DNA from: an uncultured delta proteobacterium
Lineage (GTDB): Bacteria > Desulfobacterota > Desulfuromonadia > Geobacterales > DSM-12255
Assembly: GCA_963787125.1 (NCBI GenBank)
Contig: CAWBBV010000016.1
Location: 64,001 to 128,000 of the forward strand
Direction of reading: 5' to 3'
Length of the DNA: 64,000 nucleotides
Made by a program: the position numbers and the translations under genes. The notes under the pieces were generated by a model. The model did no database searches and was not told where the DNA came from. It saw only the letters and a program-made list of their open reading frames with translations. This document shows, one piece after another, positions 21,839 through 31,577 of the stretch (position 1 is its first letter; every line of letters begins with the position of its first letter).

Positions 21839-22309
21839 ATGTCTACAGGTTTTGATTTCAAGAAGTTACGCAGGACGACAATGATTAACTTGGTGATACA
21901 GGTGACACTTGTATTGCTGCTTATTTACGTGGCGCTCCTGTTCCAGGGAACTCTAGGGCCACTTTTCTGGAAAAGTATCCTCATCACCATGATAATCCAA
22001 CTGATCATGTTCTATCCGATAAATTTCTTTGCCGGCAAGGAAGTCAAGCGCGAAATAGCCGCCCTTGCACCCAACCTGACGCAAGCTGAGTTCAAGTCGC
22101 AGCGAACAAAGCGAATTATCGGCGAAGTGATTAAAATGTCTGTATTCGCCTTTTTCCTGATTTTCACCTGGACTGTCAAACCCGCCCCCACAATCACAGG
22201 CGTCAGGTTCACCCAGAGTTTGATCTTCTTCAACTTTATCCTGACTTATCTGACCTATTATCAGTGTTTCAATTTTGCGGCCAAGCGGGAAATGAAGGCC
22301 AAAGAGTAA
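21839..22309 (+). CDS. Hypothetical four-TM membrane protein
   Basis: 156-aa ORF with GGAG RBS and four hydrophobic segments. Confidence 0.75.
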   Translation: MSTGFDFKKLRRTTMINLVIQVTLVLLLIYVALLFQGTLGPLFWKSILITMIIQLIMFYPINFFAGKEVKREIAALAPNLTQAEFKSQRTKRIIGEVIKMSVFAFFLIFTWTVKPAPTITGVRFTQSLIFFNFILTYLTYYQCFNFAAKREMKAKE

Positions 22310-22339
22310 AGTCTCATGATTGAGCGTCTCTACTGGAGA

Positions 22340-24853
22340 TCAATTTCCGGCTACCGCATAAAAGTTCTGCAACTCACTCAGTATCGCTCTGCTTGATGCG
22401 GCCTTCACCTGCAGATCAGGGAGCGATTTCAAAAAAATCCTGCCATAGCCTTTACTCAGAACACGACTGTCGAGGATCAAAACCCCGCCACGATCATCTC
22501 GCCGTCTTATCAACCTGCCGAACCCCTGCTTGAATTTGATGACAGCCTGGGGCACGGTATATGCCATAAAGGGGTCGCCACCGGAGGCGCTGATATGCTC
22601 GCTCCTTGCCTCAAGAATCGGCTCACTCGGGACACGGAACGGCAGCCGGGTTATGATGACGAGCCCGAGCGCATCACCCTGTACATCCACACCCTCCCAG
22701 AATGAGTCCGTCCCGAAAAGCACTCCACCGGGAGTAGCCCTGAACCTGGCAAGCAGCTGATGCCGCCCCGTTTCACCCTGACGCATCGGTGCGAGTCCCA
22801 TCCCTTCCAGCTTCGGCGCTATTCTGGCGTAAATCTTCTTTAGCAGATCATAAGAAGTAAAAAGGACGAAAGCTCCGCCCGAAGAGACTGCCAGACTCTC
22901 GACAATAAAATCGGCGGCAGCAGGCTCAAAAGCCCTGGAAGTCGGTTCGGGCATATCTGCCGGCACTCCGGCAAACACCTGGGAAGCATAATCGAATGGC
23001 GAAGCGAGCAGCAGCTCGGCAACCCTTACCTTTGGCAGAAGCGAGATGCCGGTGCGGCTCTCCAGGTAGTCAAACTTCCCGCCTACCGTCAGGGTAGCCG
23101 AAGTAAGTATCACGGTTCTGAAGCGGTCAAAAAGCACTGACTTGAGAGATGGCGCAACATCCAGAGGCGAGCTGCAGAGCCGCAGGATCAGGCCTCTCCC
23201 GCCGCGCTTCATCTCAAACCAGCGGCAGACAGCCTCATCATGGCCGACAAAACCTGCCAGGGTCTCAACTGCCCCTTCCAGCCTTCCGGCAATTCCCTTT
23301 ATATCCACAATAAGTCCGGAAAGTCTTTCTGCCGGCTTTTCCGGCAGATCGCGCAGCGCTTTATTGAGCCTGGCAAGAGAGCCGGCATAGGCAGAAAGCC
23401 GGGTAGCAAGAGAGCTGATCCGCTCCAGCGACTCTTCCCAGAACTCACTCGCATAAACCGGCGGAGTGAGTCGCAGCTTCTGCTCACCGCTACCGCTGTC
23501 AACAGGCCTCAGGTGGCCGCCAAGCGCAAAAGCGATACCATCCATCTCCTTGCCGACCAGCTCAATCAGTTTAGGCAGCGTGAGCATCAGCTTCTCTTCC
23601 AGAAGTTTTGTTACGGCGACAAAATAGTCATCAAGCCCTACGGGAACTTCACGTAACAGCGCGGTGGAAAGCCGCGGCAACAGCCCTTTATCAGGACGCC
23701 GCGGGTTTTGAAGTTTACCGAGCAGCTTCATTAGCCCCTGGCGCGTAACCTGATTTGAAAGGCTGCCGGTTGCCACGTCTTCAAGATGGTGGCCTTCATC
23801 TATAATCAGTCGCTGAAAAGGGGGCAAAATCGCAGTAGAATTGAAGCCTGTCTGCTGGCGCAGCGCAAGATCGGCCATCAGGAGGGCGTGGTTTACCACG
23901 AGGATATCGGCGCTGGCAGCGCTTCTTCGGGAAGAGTAGTAATAGCAGCGGTTATAGTTTTTGCATTTGGTCCGGCCGCACTGATCCCCTTCGCAGCAGA
24001 GCTCTTCCCAGACCTCACTCTTGGGGATAAAACCGAGATCGTCGCGGCAGCCGGAGCTCTTGGAACCGCTCCATTCGATGATCGCCTGCAGTTCACTCTT
24101 TTCCTCAGGAAAAAGCTCCGGCTCCTCCTTGTGAGCGTGGAGCTTGCGGAGGCAGAGGTAGTTCCCGCGCCCTTTTATCAGCACCGCCTTGAAACTGAGC
24201 CCGGCATGCTTCTGCAGAAACGGAATATCCTTGCCGGTCAACTGCTCCTGCAGGTTAATCGTATTAGTCGAAACAACGACCCGCTCCCGGTTCTTCTTTG
24301 CCCAGATGGCGGCAGGGAGCAGATAGGCCAGCGACTTGCCGGTGCCGGTGCCGGCCTCAATCATGGAGACACGGTCACCATTGAACGCTTCGGCAACAGC
24401 AAACGCCATACGGGTCTGCTCGCTACGATGCTCATAACCGGCAAGTTTGGAGGCGATCACCCCGCCGGGAGCAAAATAGCCATCAATTTCGGGGAGGGAA
24501 AGATATTCAAGTTTCTTCTGGGTAAACGCGGTAACTGCCTGATAACAGTGCGATGCGGCGTTGTCAATGATGTAAAAACCGACACCCTGATTACCAAGAG
24601 CACCGGCAATACTCAGGTCAGCTTGCGATGGGGTGAGGTTACCGGAGGGATGATTATGGATCACAACATCCCCGAAAGATGCCGTCACCATGATCGCGGC
24701 AACAGCATCCTGATTACCCCTTGCCAGAACTTCAACATCCGTCACGAGCCGCGAATCATCGGTTTTTCCAAGAAAAAAAACTTCATTCCCCTGGCAGGCC
24801 GTTATTTCTGTCCTTATTTTTTCCAACGCATATTCTGAGAAAAGCTGTTTCAT
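22340..24853 (-). CDS. DinG/YoaA-family Fe-S helicase with N-terminal JAB/MPN-like domain
   Basis: EAGTGTGKS, Cys cluster, DEGHH, SATL, FWEGVD and QGFGRLIR; N-terminal HNHPSG...SQAD. Confidence 0.92.
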   Translation of the reverse strand: MKQLFSEYALEKIRTEITACQGNEVFFLGKTDDSRLVTDVEVLARGNQDAVAAIMVTASFGDVVIHNHPSGNLTPSQADLSIAGALGNQGVGFYIIDNAASHCYQAVTAFTQKKLEYLSLPEIDGYFAPGGVIASKLAGYEHRSEQTRMAFAVAEAFNGDRVSMIEAGTGTGKSLAYLLPAAIWAKKNRERVVVSTNTINLQEQLTGKDIPFLQKHAGLSFKAVLIKGRGNYLCLRKLHAHKEEPELFPEEKSELQAIIEWSGSKSSGCRDDLGFIPKSEVWEELCCEGDQCGRTKCKNYNRCYYYSSRRSAASADILVVNHALLMADLALRQQTGFNSTAILPPFQRLIIDEGHHLEDVATGSLSNQVTRQGLMKLLGKLQNPRRPDKGLLPRLSTALLREVPVGLDDYFVAVTKLLEEKLMLTLPKLIELVGKEMDGIAFALGGHLRPVDSGSGEQKLRLTPPVYASEFWEESLERISSLATRLSAYAGSLARLNKALRDLPEKPAERLSGLIVDIKGIAGRLEGAVETLAGFVGHDEAVCRWFEMKRGGRGLILRLCSSPLDVAPSLKSVLFDRFRTVILTSATLTVGGKFDYLESRTGISLLPKVRVAELLLASPFDYASQVFAGVPADMPEPTSRAFEPAAADFIVESLAVSSGGAFVLFTSYDLLKKIYARIAPKLEGMGLAPMRQGETGRHQLLARFRATPGGVLFGTDSFWEGVDVQGDALGLVIITRLPFRVPSEPILEARSEHISASGGDPFMAYTVPQAVIKFKQGFGRLIRRRDDRGGVLILDSRVLSKGYGRIFLKSLPDLQVKAASSRAILSELQNFYAVAGN

Positions 24854-25038
24854 TTAATGGAAAATACACCCTTTCTGAATTTAGCGGCAAAAAAAATTCG
24901 CGGGCCGGCCTTAGAGTTTTTAAATGGAGTCGTATTTGCATAACATTATTTTATTATCACTCAGTAACACTCCGGAGTGTGAACAGCTGCATACATAAGC
25001 CCTTCCAGCATTGTCACCCCTGCAGAGGAGTCTGTCAA

Positions 25039-25806
25039 ATGCCCGTATCTCCGCCAGAAAACGATTGTTCCCTAAAAACCGGCAATGTTGTGATTGTTGG
25101 ACTCGACCTTCCTGACATGACATTTGCCGAGGATGTGGCAACAGTTATCTGCGTTGATAACGGAGAGGTCAAGCTGCAACTCTGCGGAAGCGGCTTACAA
25201 GAAAAGGTGAATATACTCGCCGGGGCAAGAGTGCTGATTGCAAAAGGAGAAGGACCGACACGCTTTCAATGCACTGCAATGCTTAAAAATGCAGGAGAAA
25301 AAGGGGTCCTGACAATTGATCTGCCCAAAAAAGTCGTTGTCAGCGAGCGCCGCAAACACATGAGAATAGATGTGGCTGTTCCGGTAAACTACTATCTGCC
25401 CCGAAGTCAGAACCTGGCTCAGGTTATTGCGGAATGGGAGAGTGCAAAAGAGTGTAATGGGAGCTGCGGGGAAAGGGCTGGCCTGAATCCTGCTGAGCCC
25501 AAAAACCGTGTTAATCTCAGTGGCGGCGGCCTTCGGGTTAATATTCCCGACCGTTTCTCGTGCGGAACGCTGCTGCACCTTAAAATAGCGCTGCCTGGCG
25601 AAAAGCATAATCACATACATGCGGTCGGCTCAATTGTCAGGACAAAAGAGCTACCTTCGGAGAGTACCCAAGTCGAATATTATTCCACCTCAATGTCTTT
25701 CCGGGTCATCGAGAATAGTGACCGACATAAACTAGCCAGACACATCCTTGAGGAACAGCGCAACAGAGTGACGACGAAACAAGGAACCTATCTCTGGATT
25801 GAATAA
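25039..25806 (+). CDS. PilZ-domain c-di-GMP receptor (flagellar-brake-like)
   Basis: RRKHMR and NLSGGG motifs; GAGGAG RBS before ATG 25039. Confidence 0.85.
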   Translation: MPVSPPENDCSLKTGNVVIVGLDLPDMTFAEDVATVICVDNGEVKLQLCGSGLQEKVNILAGARVLIAKGEGPTRFQCTAMLKNAGEKGVLTIDLPKKVVVSERRKHMRIDVAVPVNYYLPRSQNLAQVIAEWESAKECNGSCGERAGLNPAEPKNRVNLSGGGLRVNIPDRFSCGTLLHLKIALPGEKHNHIHAVGSIVRTKELPSESTQVEYYSTSMSFRVIENSDRHKLARHILEEQRNRVTTKQGTYLWIE

Positions 25807-26165
25807 CCATTGCGATACCAACCCATGATCCCGTCCTTCATATTGTAAACTTCAGCATATCCCATGCCGGCCAGAGCCTGGGCAACCGACCTCGAACGGG
25901 ACCCTACGGCGCAGTAAACCACCACCGGCCGATTTTTCGGCACCTCGTTTACCCGCTGCTCAATTGTATCGATCGGGATCAGCACTGAGCCGGGAATATA
26001 CCCTTGACTCCGCTCCTGTGGCGTCCTCACATCCAACAGGAAGACCTTGCTGTTTTTTGCCAGCAGCGCTTTAGCCTCAACCGAAGTAATGTCTTTTGAG
26101 GAGGCCGCAAAGAGTGAAGCTGCTGTCAATAGTGTCAACAAAAGTACGCCGTAAACTTTATTCAT
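25788..26165 (-). CDS. Exported rhodanese-like protein
   Basis: Signal peptide; LDVRT, YIPGS, active-site CAVGSRS and DGIMGW. Confidence 0.9.
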   Translation of the reverse strand: MNKVYGVLLLTLLTAASLFAASSKDITSVEAKALLAKNSKVFLLDVRTPQERSQGYIPGSVLIPIDTIEQRVNEVPKNRPVVVYCAVGSRSRSVAQALAGMGYAEVYNMKDGIMGWYRNGYSIQR

Positions 26166-27001
26166 AGTTCAATCTCCAATGTGTATCCGACCATGGCAAG
26201 CTGAAACTCCTTCGGCAATTCTCTGGACAGCCTGGCTGCAGCTGCAAAACCGGTACAGTGGGACACTGCCAGCTTCCTGATGCCAGCACTTTTGATGACC
26301 GCGACTGTTTTCTCCAGCTGTTCCTGGCCACAAAACCCGAGATGCGTTCCGCCGATCACCGCGTAGACATCCCTCCGACCGCTCTGATAGGCAATATGCT
26401 CAATAGTATTCACCAGACCGGCATGACAGCAGCCGAGCAGAATCACCAACCCTCTCGATGTTTCAATCACCAGCGACTGATCGTCGGGCGTCGTATCAAG
26501 CTCCTGGCCGCTACAGTCGCAATACAGACCCTGATCACCGCTTTCAAAACGGGTAACTCTGGGTACTTCGCCGGTCAGCATAATGCCGGGGTTAATTTGA
26601 CGAAACGAGTCTGACAGGTTAAATATCGCTCCTGCCGCTTCTAATTCAGATCTACCAACAGGAATGCCTATAGGATAACATTCGCCGGTATCCTTGAGCC
26701 GGTGCCGCGACGCAAAAACACCGTCATGGGCGAATATTTCCCGGCCGCCGGAATCCTGCAGGAGCGGCATCAACCCGCCGGCATGGTCGTAATGACCATG
26801 AGACAGCACCACTTTTTTCACCAGGGAAAGATCTTTATTCATCTTTCTGGCATTATGCCGTAGCGTCAGTCCCTGACCGGTATCAAAGAGCAGCGGCTCT
26901 CCCCCTTTTTGTTCGATCAAGGCAGCAAAGCCGTGCTCTCCCAAGGTCCCGGAAACAGGGCCGACACTGTTGTCGCAGAGAATCGTAATCCGGATGCTCA
27001 T
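26162..27001 (-). CDS. MBL-fold metallo-hydrolase
   Basis: EHG, FDTG, SHGHYDH, GCCHAG, GGTH and SHCTG. Confidence 0.9.
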   Translation of the reverse strand: MSIRITILCDNSVGPVSGTLGEHGFAALIEQKGGEPLLFDTGQGLTLRHNARKMNKDLSLVKKVVLSHGHYDHAGGLMPLLQDSGGREIFAHDGVFASRHRLKDTGECYPIGIPVGRSELEAAGAIFNLSDSFRQINPGIMLTGEVPRVTRFESGDQGLYCDCSGQELDTTPDDQSLVIETSRGLVILLGCCHAGLVNTIEHIAYQSGRRDVYAVIGGTHLGFCGQEQLEKTVAVIKSAGIRKLAVSHCTGFAAAARLSRELPKEFQLAMVGYTLEIEL

Positions 27002-27222
27002 TTATTGCAGCAACTCCCCGGGAATCTGGGCACGCCCAGTTTCTGCAGGATATTAAACATCGGGCAAAACTGGGTAAATCCGGACTGGAACAGGTTCAGA
27101 CCGACGAAACCGGTGAACCAGAGCCAATTCTGAGAATGAAAATGAGCCAGAATCAGCGAGACAAGAATAAAAGATCCGGCTATAATCCTGACAATCCGTT
27201 CGACATAAAATTCTTCTTTCAT
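26998..27222 (-). CDS. DUF2892 (YgaP-like) membrane protein
   Basis: ERIVRIIAG...FVGLNLFQSGFTQFCP; GGAGG RBS before ATG 27222. Confidence 0.88.
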   Translation of the reverse strand: MKEEFYVERIVRIIAGSFILVSLILAHFHSQNWLWFTGFVGLNLFQSGFTQFCPMFNILQKLGVPRFPGSCCNK

Positions 27223-27364
27223 AAGCCCTCCGGGCACTATTTATTTTCCTGAATATATAAAATACCATATATTAAATTCACTGGCAATCTAAATTCCGGA
27301 TTGCATTTTTTGTTGAAATACGGGTAGATGTTTTAACTATTTTATCATACGGAGACTTAAAGCT

Positions 27365-28621
27365 ATGACCATAGCAAAACAGATTGCAGAACTCGCCACC
27401 AATGCCCGCGCAGCGTCAATCGCCATGGCAAAACTGTCATCAGTGGCAAAGAACCGGCTCCTTTTTGCCATGGCCGATGCCCTTGTCGCCGCAACGGCGC
27501 AGCTGGTTACTGAAAACGGCAAAGACCTGGCAAATGGCCGGGAAAAGGGGATGGCTGAAGCAATGCTCGACCGGCTGATGCTGGATGAAGCCAGGATCAA
27601 GGGGATGGCAGACGCCCTGCGCGAAGTTGCCGCCCTGCCTGACCCGGTCGGCGGCGTCGATAAAATGTGGCTCAGGCCGAACGGCCTGCAGGTGGGGAAG
27701 ATGCGAATCCCACTGGGGGTTATCGGTATCATCTATGAATCAAGGCCAAACGTCACCTCAGATGCTGCCGCACTCTGCCTGAAAGCCGGCAATGCCGTTG
27801 TCCTGCGCGGCGGCTCCGAAGCGATCAACTCCAACCGGACCATCGCCGCCATCCTCTGCGCCGAGATGACCAGGGCAGGCATCCCGGAAGGGGCGCTGTC
27901 GCTGATACCTTTCACGGAGAGGGAAGCGGTGCTGGAAATGCTCAAGCAGGAAGAGCTGATCGATCTCATCATCCCCCGCGGCGGCGAAAGCCTGATCCGC
28001 TTTGTGGTTGAAAACTCCCGGATTCCGGTCATCAAGCACTACAAAGGGGTCTGCCATCTTTTTGTCGATGCGGCTGCCGACATCCCCATGGCTGGCAAAA
28101 TCATAGTCAACGCGAAAACACAGCGCCCCGGTGTCTGCAACGCCCTGGAAACTCTGCTGGTGCACCGCGACATAGCACCTGCCTTTCTGCCGCGCATCGC
28201 CGATGCCCTGAAAGCGCTCAATGTTGAATTGCGGGGCGACGAAACCGTCTGCTCTTTCGTTCCGGACGCGCTTCCGGCTACAGAAGCAGACTGGCAGGCA
28301 GAATACCTCGACCTGATCCTGGCAGTGAAGGTTGTTGACAACATGGACCAGGCCATCGATCATATCAACCGTTACGGCTCGCTCCATACCGAAGTTATCG
28401 TCACCGGTGATTACGCCAACGCCCAGCGCTTTATCCGCGAGGTCAACTCCAGCACCGTCATGGTCAACGCCTCGACCCGCTTTGCCGACGGCGGCCAGCT
28501 GGGACTTGGCGCCGAGATCGGCATTTCGACCACCAAACTGCACTCCTTCGGCCCCATGGGACTGGAAGATCTCACCACGACGAAGTTCATCGTTTTTGGC
28601 AACGGCCAGATAAGGGAGTAA
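27365..28621 (+). CDS. proA: Glutamate-5-semialdehyde dehydrogenase
   Basis: [20 protein letters not shown] and [22 protein letters not shown]. Confidence 0.98.
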   Translation: MTIAKQIAELATNARAASIAMAKLSSVAKNRLLFAMADALVAATAQLVTENGKDLANGREKGMAEAMLDRLMLDEARIKGMADALREVAALPDPVGGVDKMWLRPNGLQVGKMRIPLGVIGIIYESRPNVTSDAAALCLKAGNAVVLRGGSEAINSNRTIAAILCAEMTRAGIPEGALSLIPFTEREAVLEMLKQEELIDLIIPRGGESLIRFVVENSRIPVIKHYKGVCHLFVDAAADIPMAGKIIVNAKTQRPGVCNALETLLVHRDIAPAFLPRIADALKALNVELRGDETVCSFVPDALPATEADWQAEYLDLILAVKVVDNMDQAIDHINRYGSLHTEVIVTGDYANAQRFIREVNSSTVMVNASTRFADGGQLGLGAEIGISTTKLHSFGPMGLEDLTTTKFIVFGNGQIRE

Positions 28622-28661
28622 GCGAGACACCCCTTCCACTGATGAGCTCTGAGTAAATTCC

Positions 28662-28707
28662 CTTCGACTCCGCTCAGGGAACAGTCGTGCGCTGAGCGGA
28701 GTCGAAG
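28662..28707. repeat. REP-like palindrome
   Basis: Perfect 16-bp inverted repeat CTTCGACTCCGCTCAG / CTGAGCGGAGTCGAAG with a 14-nt loop and no U-tract. Confidence 0.75.
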
Positions 28708-28786
28708 CGCCTTCATCCGGCTTACTCGCTGGCAAAGCGCCGACGAAGTGGCTTGGGGCACTTAATTTACTGAAAATATGTTAGCG

Positions 28787-28861
28787 GCCACAAATATAGT
28801 TAAGACTATTTTATAGTCCACTGAAAAATAGTCTTGACTATATTTCAGTGGACTATAAAAT
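28787..28861 (+). promoter_or_regulatory. Palindromic operator region overlapping a sigma70 promoter
   Basis: 54-bp hairpin at 28808-28861 with one mismatch, a second overlapping inverted repeat, and TTGACT-N16-TAAAAT. Confidence 0.7.
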
Positions 28862-28868
28862 TATCAGC

Positions 28869-30086
28869 ATGGAAACACGTACTTCTTATCTTGAAACATG
28901 GAAAATACTTGCGGCTGACAAGGCGATGGTTTTTATGGCCGGCCCCAGGCAGGCGGGCAAGACAACCCTTGCGAGGATCATAGCGAAAGGTTTTACCAAC
29001 AGCCTCTACTTTAACTGGGACATCCTTGAACATCGGGCAAAACTGCTTGAAAACCCCTCTTTCTTTACCACTCTGACTCGTCACGACAACTCAAAACCCC
29101 TCATTATTTTTGATGAAATCCACAAGTACAACGACTGGAAAAATTATCTGAAAGGCATCTATGACCAGTTCGCTGCCGACTATCAATTCCTTGTAACCGG
29201 CAGCGGCAGGCTCGATCTCTACCAGAAAGGCGGTGACTCTCTTGCCGGACGCTATCTGCTGTTCAACCTCTGGCCTTTTACCGCAGCAGAGCTAGGAGCG
29301 CCCCGAGCAATGACGGCTTTCCTCGCTGATCCCCTGGCTATACCTGATGGGCTGGATGAAAAGAATGTTGCGGCCTGGCAGCAGCTTGAAACAGTGAGCG
29401 GTTTTCCTGAGCCGTTTTTGAAAGGGAATCCTTCGTCATACCGGCGCTGGAGCGGCGCTTACGGACAGCGGCTCATACGCGAGGACATCCGTGAACTGAC
29501 CGATATCCGTTCGGTTACCACTGTTGAAACGCTATACAGCCTGCTCCCTTCCAGAATCGGCAGTTCCATTTCAGTCACTTCGCTGGCCGAAGATCTGAAA
29601 GTTTCCTACATTACCGTCCAGAATTGGCTATCAATCTTTGAGCGGTTTTACCTGACCTTCAGTCTCCCTACCTGGACTGAGCGTATCAGCAGGGCAATCC
29701 AGAAGGAGCGCAAGGTCTATCTGCTTGACACTCCCCGCATCAAGGATCCTGCCGCTCGCTTTGAAAATATGGTGGCGCTCGAATTGTGGCGCGGAATCAA
29801 CTCATGGAACGCCCTGGGCGCCGGTGAATTTTCACTGCACTTCATAAAGAATAAGGAACAGCAGGAGGTTGATTTTCTGATAGCTGACGGACGGGAACCG
29901 TTTCTACTGGTTGAATGCAAGCTGAGTGACGAACAACCTTCCAAGCCGCTTTTGGCGGCACAGCGCGCACTGCGTGTCCCTGCTATTCAGCTGGTTAATT
30001 CTGCAAAAGGATATCGCCTCTTCAGCAACGACGGGATGACCGTTATGACTGCTCCGGCCTGCCACTGGTGCGCCAGTCTGCCGTAG
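28869..30086 (+). CDS. AAA_14/DUF4143 family ATPase with C-terminal PD-(D/E)xK-like domain
   Basis: GPRQAGKTT, FDEIH, VTGS, SGFPEP, KVYLLD, FENMV and EVDF...VECK. Confidence 0.92.
   Translation: METRTSYLETWKILAADKAMVFMAGPRQAGKTTLARIIAKGFTNSLYFNWDILEHRAKLLENPSFFTTLTRHDNSKPLIIFDEIHKYNDWKNYLKGIYDQFAADYQFLVTGSGRLDLYQKGGDSLAGRYLLFNLWPFTAAELGAPRAMTAFLADPLAIPDGLDEKNVAAWQQLETVSGFPEPFLKGNPSSYRRWSGAYGQRLIREDIRELTDIRSVTTVETLYSLLPSRIGSSISVTSLAEDLKVSYITVQNWLSIFERFYLTFSLPTWTERISRAIQKERKVYLLDTPRIKDPAARFENMVALELWRGINSWNALGAGEFSLHFIKNKEQQEVDFLIADGREPFLLVECKLSDEQPSKPLLAAQRALRVPAIQLVNSAKGYRLFSNDGMTVMTAPACHWCASLP
29918..30009 (+). repeat. 92-bp direct repeat, copy 1 (inside the ATPase gene)
   Basis: Matches 33166-33257 with 5 mismatches. 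Confidence 0.92.
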
Positions 30087-30169
30087 ATGCTATTGCTATT
30101 CGTAAATGAAGCTGCTGAAAGGATAGGAACTGCCGGCGGCGAAGTTCAAGCACATTCCGAAATCTGGCG

Positions 30170-30235
30170 AAAATTTAAGAACAGTATTGTTGTTTATCGG
30201 ATAGTTAGGCAATCTTTTGCATGCAAAACTTTTCA
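30170..30235. repeat. Degenerate intergenic repeat module, copy 1
   Basis: Aligns with 31288-31354; contains the palindrome TTTTGCATGCAAAA. Confidence 0.75.
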
Positions 30236-30418
30236 AATTCAGGCTGTTGATTGTCTGCTCAAGTCGAATTAATTTTAGACAAAACCGTGACAGCTTTCCA
30301 ATGATCACAGATTAAATATTCCATTTGGGCGGCTCACCGGCTCACGCGTGCAAGAACCGATCAATAAGGATGTTGAACCATTAAATACCCAATAAAAATC
30401 CAAATATTGGAGAAACTC

Positions 30419-31189
30419 ATGCAAAGGAAGAAATTATATCTGTTTGGAATATCGCTTATTATTTTGGTCATCTCGATCATTTCTTACGGCTGCAATGCTC
30501 CCAACCCTTCAAGTGAAAAAATTCAATCCGTCAAGCTTTACCAATCTGTTACAGAATCATCTTTTAAAGATATAACAGCTAGTAAGCAACGAATAACTGA
30601 AGATATGTACTGTAAAATAAAAAATATGGTTGCAGCAAATGTGATGGATTATTACGATTTACGCAAAACATATAATACAGAATTAAAATGGATGAATTAC
30701 AAAAGAACTGATGATTATAATAACAAAGTATTACAAATGAACAAGGACAAAGAAACTGCATTAGCTAAACAGTATTACATTATATATGGTGAAAATCGTA
30801 AAGGTGAACACTATAACGCATATAAGATATTAGATTATAATGTTTACAATAATTTCATTCCAATTATTTTTGAATCTGAGCTTGATGATAGCGGGAGTTC
30901 AAGTTACGAAAATTGGAAATCAATGCATAAAATAGATATGAAGATGTTGCCCTTTGAATTCGAAAACTTGTACCCAAGTCAACGTCCACCTCATATTATT
31001 AACAAAAAACTATATTTACCAATGTCATCAGAACTTGGTGGAATTATAGAAAATAACCGTGGTAGTATTAATGTGTTAGTCACTTTTGGGTTAAATGATT
31101 CTGCCGATGTAAAGTTACCAATTGAATTATGCATATATAATAAAATATCTGGTAAAATTTATGTCGTATACACATACAACTATAATTGA
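30419..31189 (+). CDS. Hypothetical AT-rich lipoprotein
   Basis: GGAG RBS, MQRKK, hydrophobic stretch and SYG|C lipobox; strongly AT-rich. Confidence 0.75.
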   Translation: MQRKKLYLFGISLIILVISIISYGCNAPNPSSEKIQSVKLYQSVTESSFKDITASKQRITEDMYCKIKNMVAANVMDYYDLRKTYNTELKWMNYKRTDDYNNKVLQMNKDKETALAKQYYIIYGENRKGEHYNAYKILDYNVYNNFIPIIFESELDDSGSSSYENWKSMHKIDMKMLPFEFENLYPSQRPPHIINKKLYLPMSSELGGIIENNRGSINVLVTFGLNDSADVKLPIELCIYNKISGKIYVVYTYNYN

Positions 31190-31287
31190 TGATTGTACTT
31201 ATTACTGTTTATTTTAAAGGCTAATACTACCGACTATCTCCGTTTCTTCCCATTTCTTCCATTAAAGTGAATGTTCGCAATGGCAGA

Positions 31288-31354
31288 AAAATTTGCAAAC
31301 TGTACTGTTATTTTTCAGATAGTTAAGTCAATCTTTTGCCGGCAAAACTTTTCA
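31288..31354. repeat. Degenerate intergenic repeat module, copy 2
   Basis: Aligns with 30170-30235; contains the palindrome TTTTGCCGGCAAAA. Confidence 0.75.
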
Positions 31355-31577
31355 TTTTTTTAATATTGCTGGTTGTCATTTAGCAGCTGAGGTCACAGGC
31401 TGCAGATGGAAACCGGAAGAAGAGCTCCGGTTTGCGAAGTACGGCACAGTAGCCAAGGACCTTAAGAAAACCATATACATATAGTTAGGTCGGCCAACCG
31501 GTGATAAATACAAAACGTCTGATCAAGTACGAGTTATCGCCCCACGAATACCAACCAACCAACGAAAGGATTGCCTC

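Noticed and set aside
24721..25038. N-terminal extension of the PilZ ORF
   Set aside because: It overlaps the divergent helicase start; the strong RBS is before ATG 25039.
31281..31297. Sigma54 promoter TGGCA...TTGCA
   Set aside because: Spacing is GG-N11-GC rather than N10, and it is not kept in the other repeat copy.
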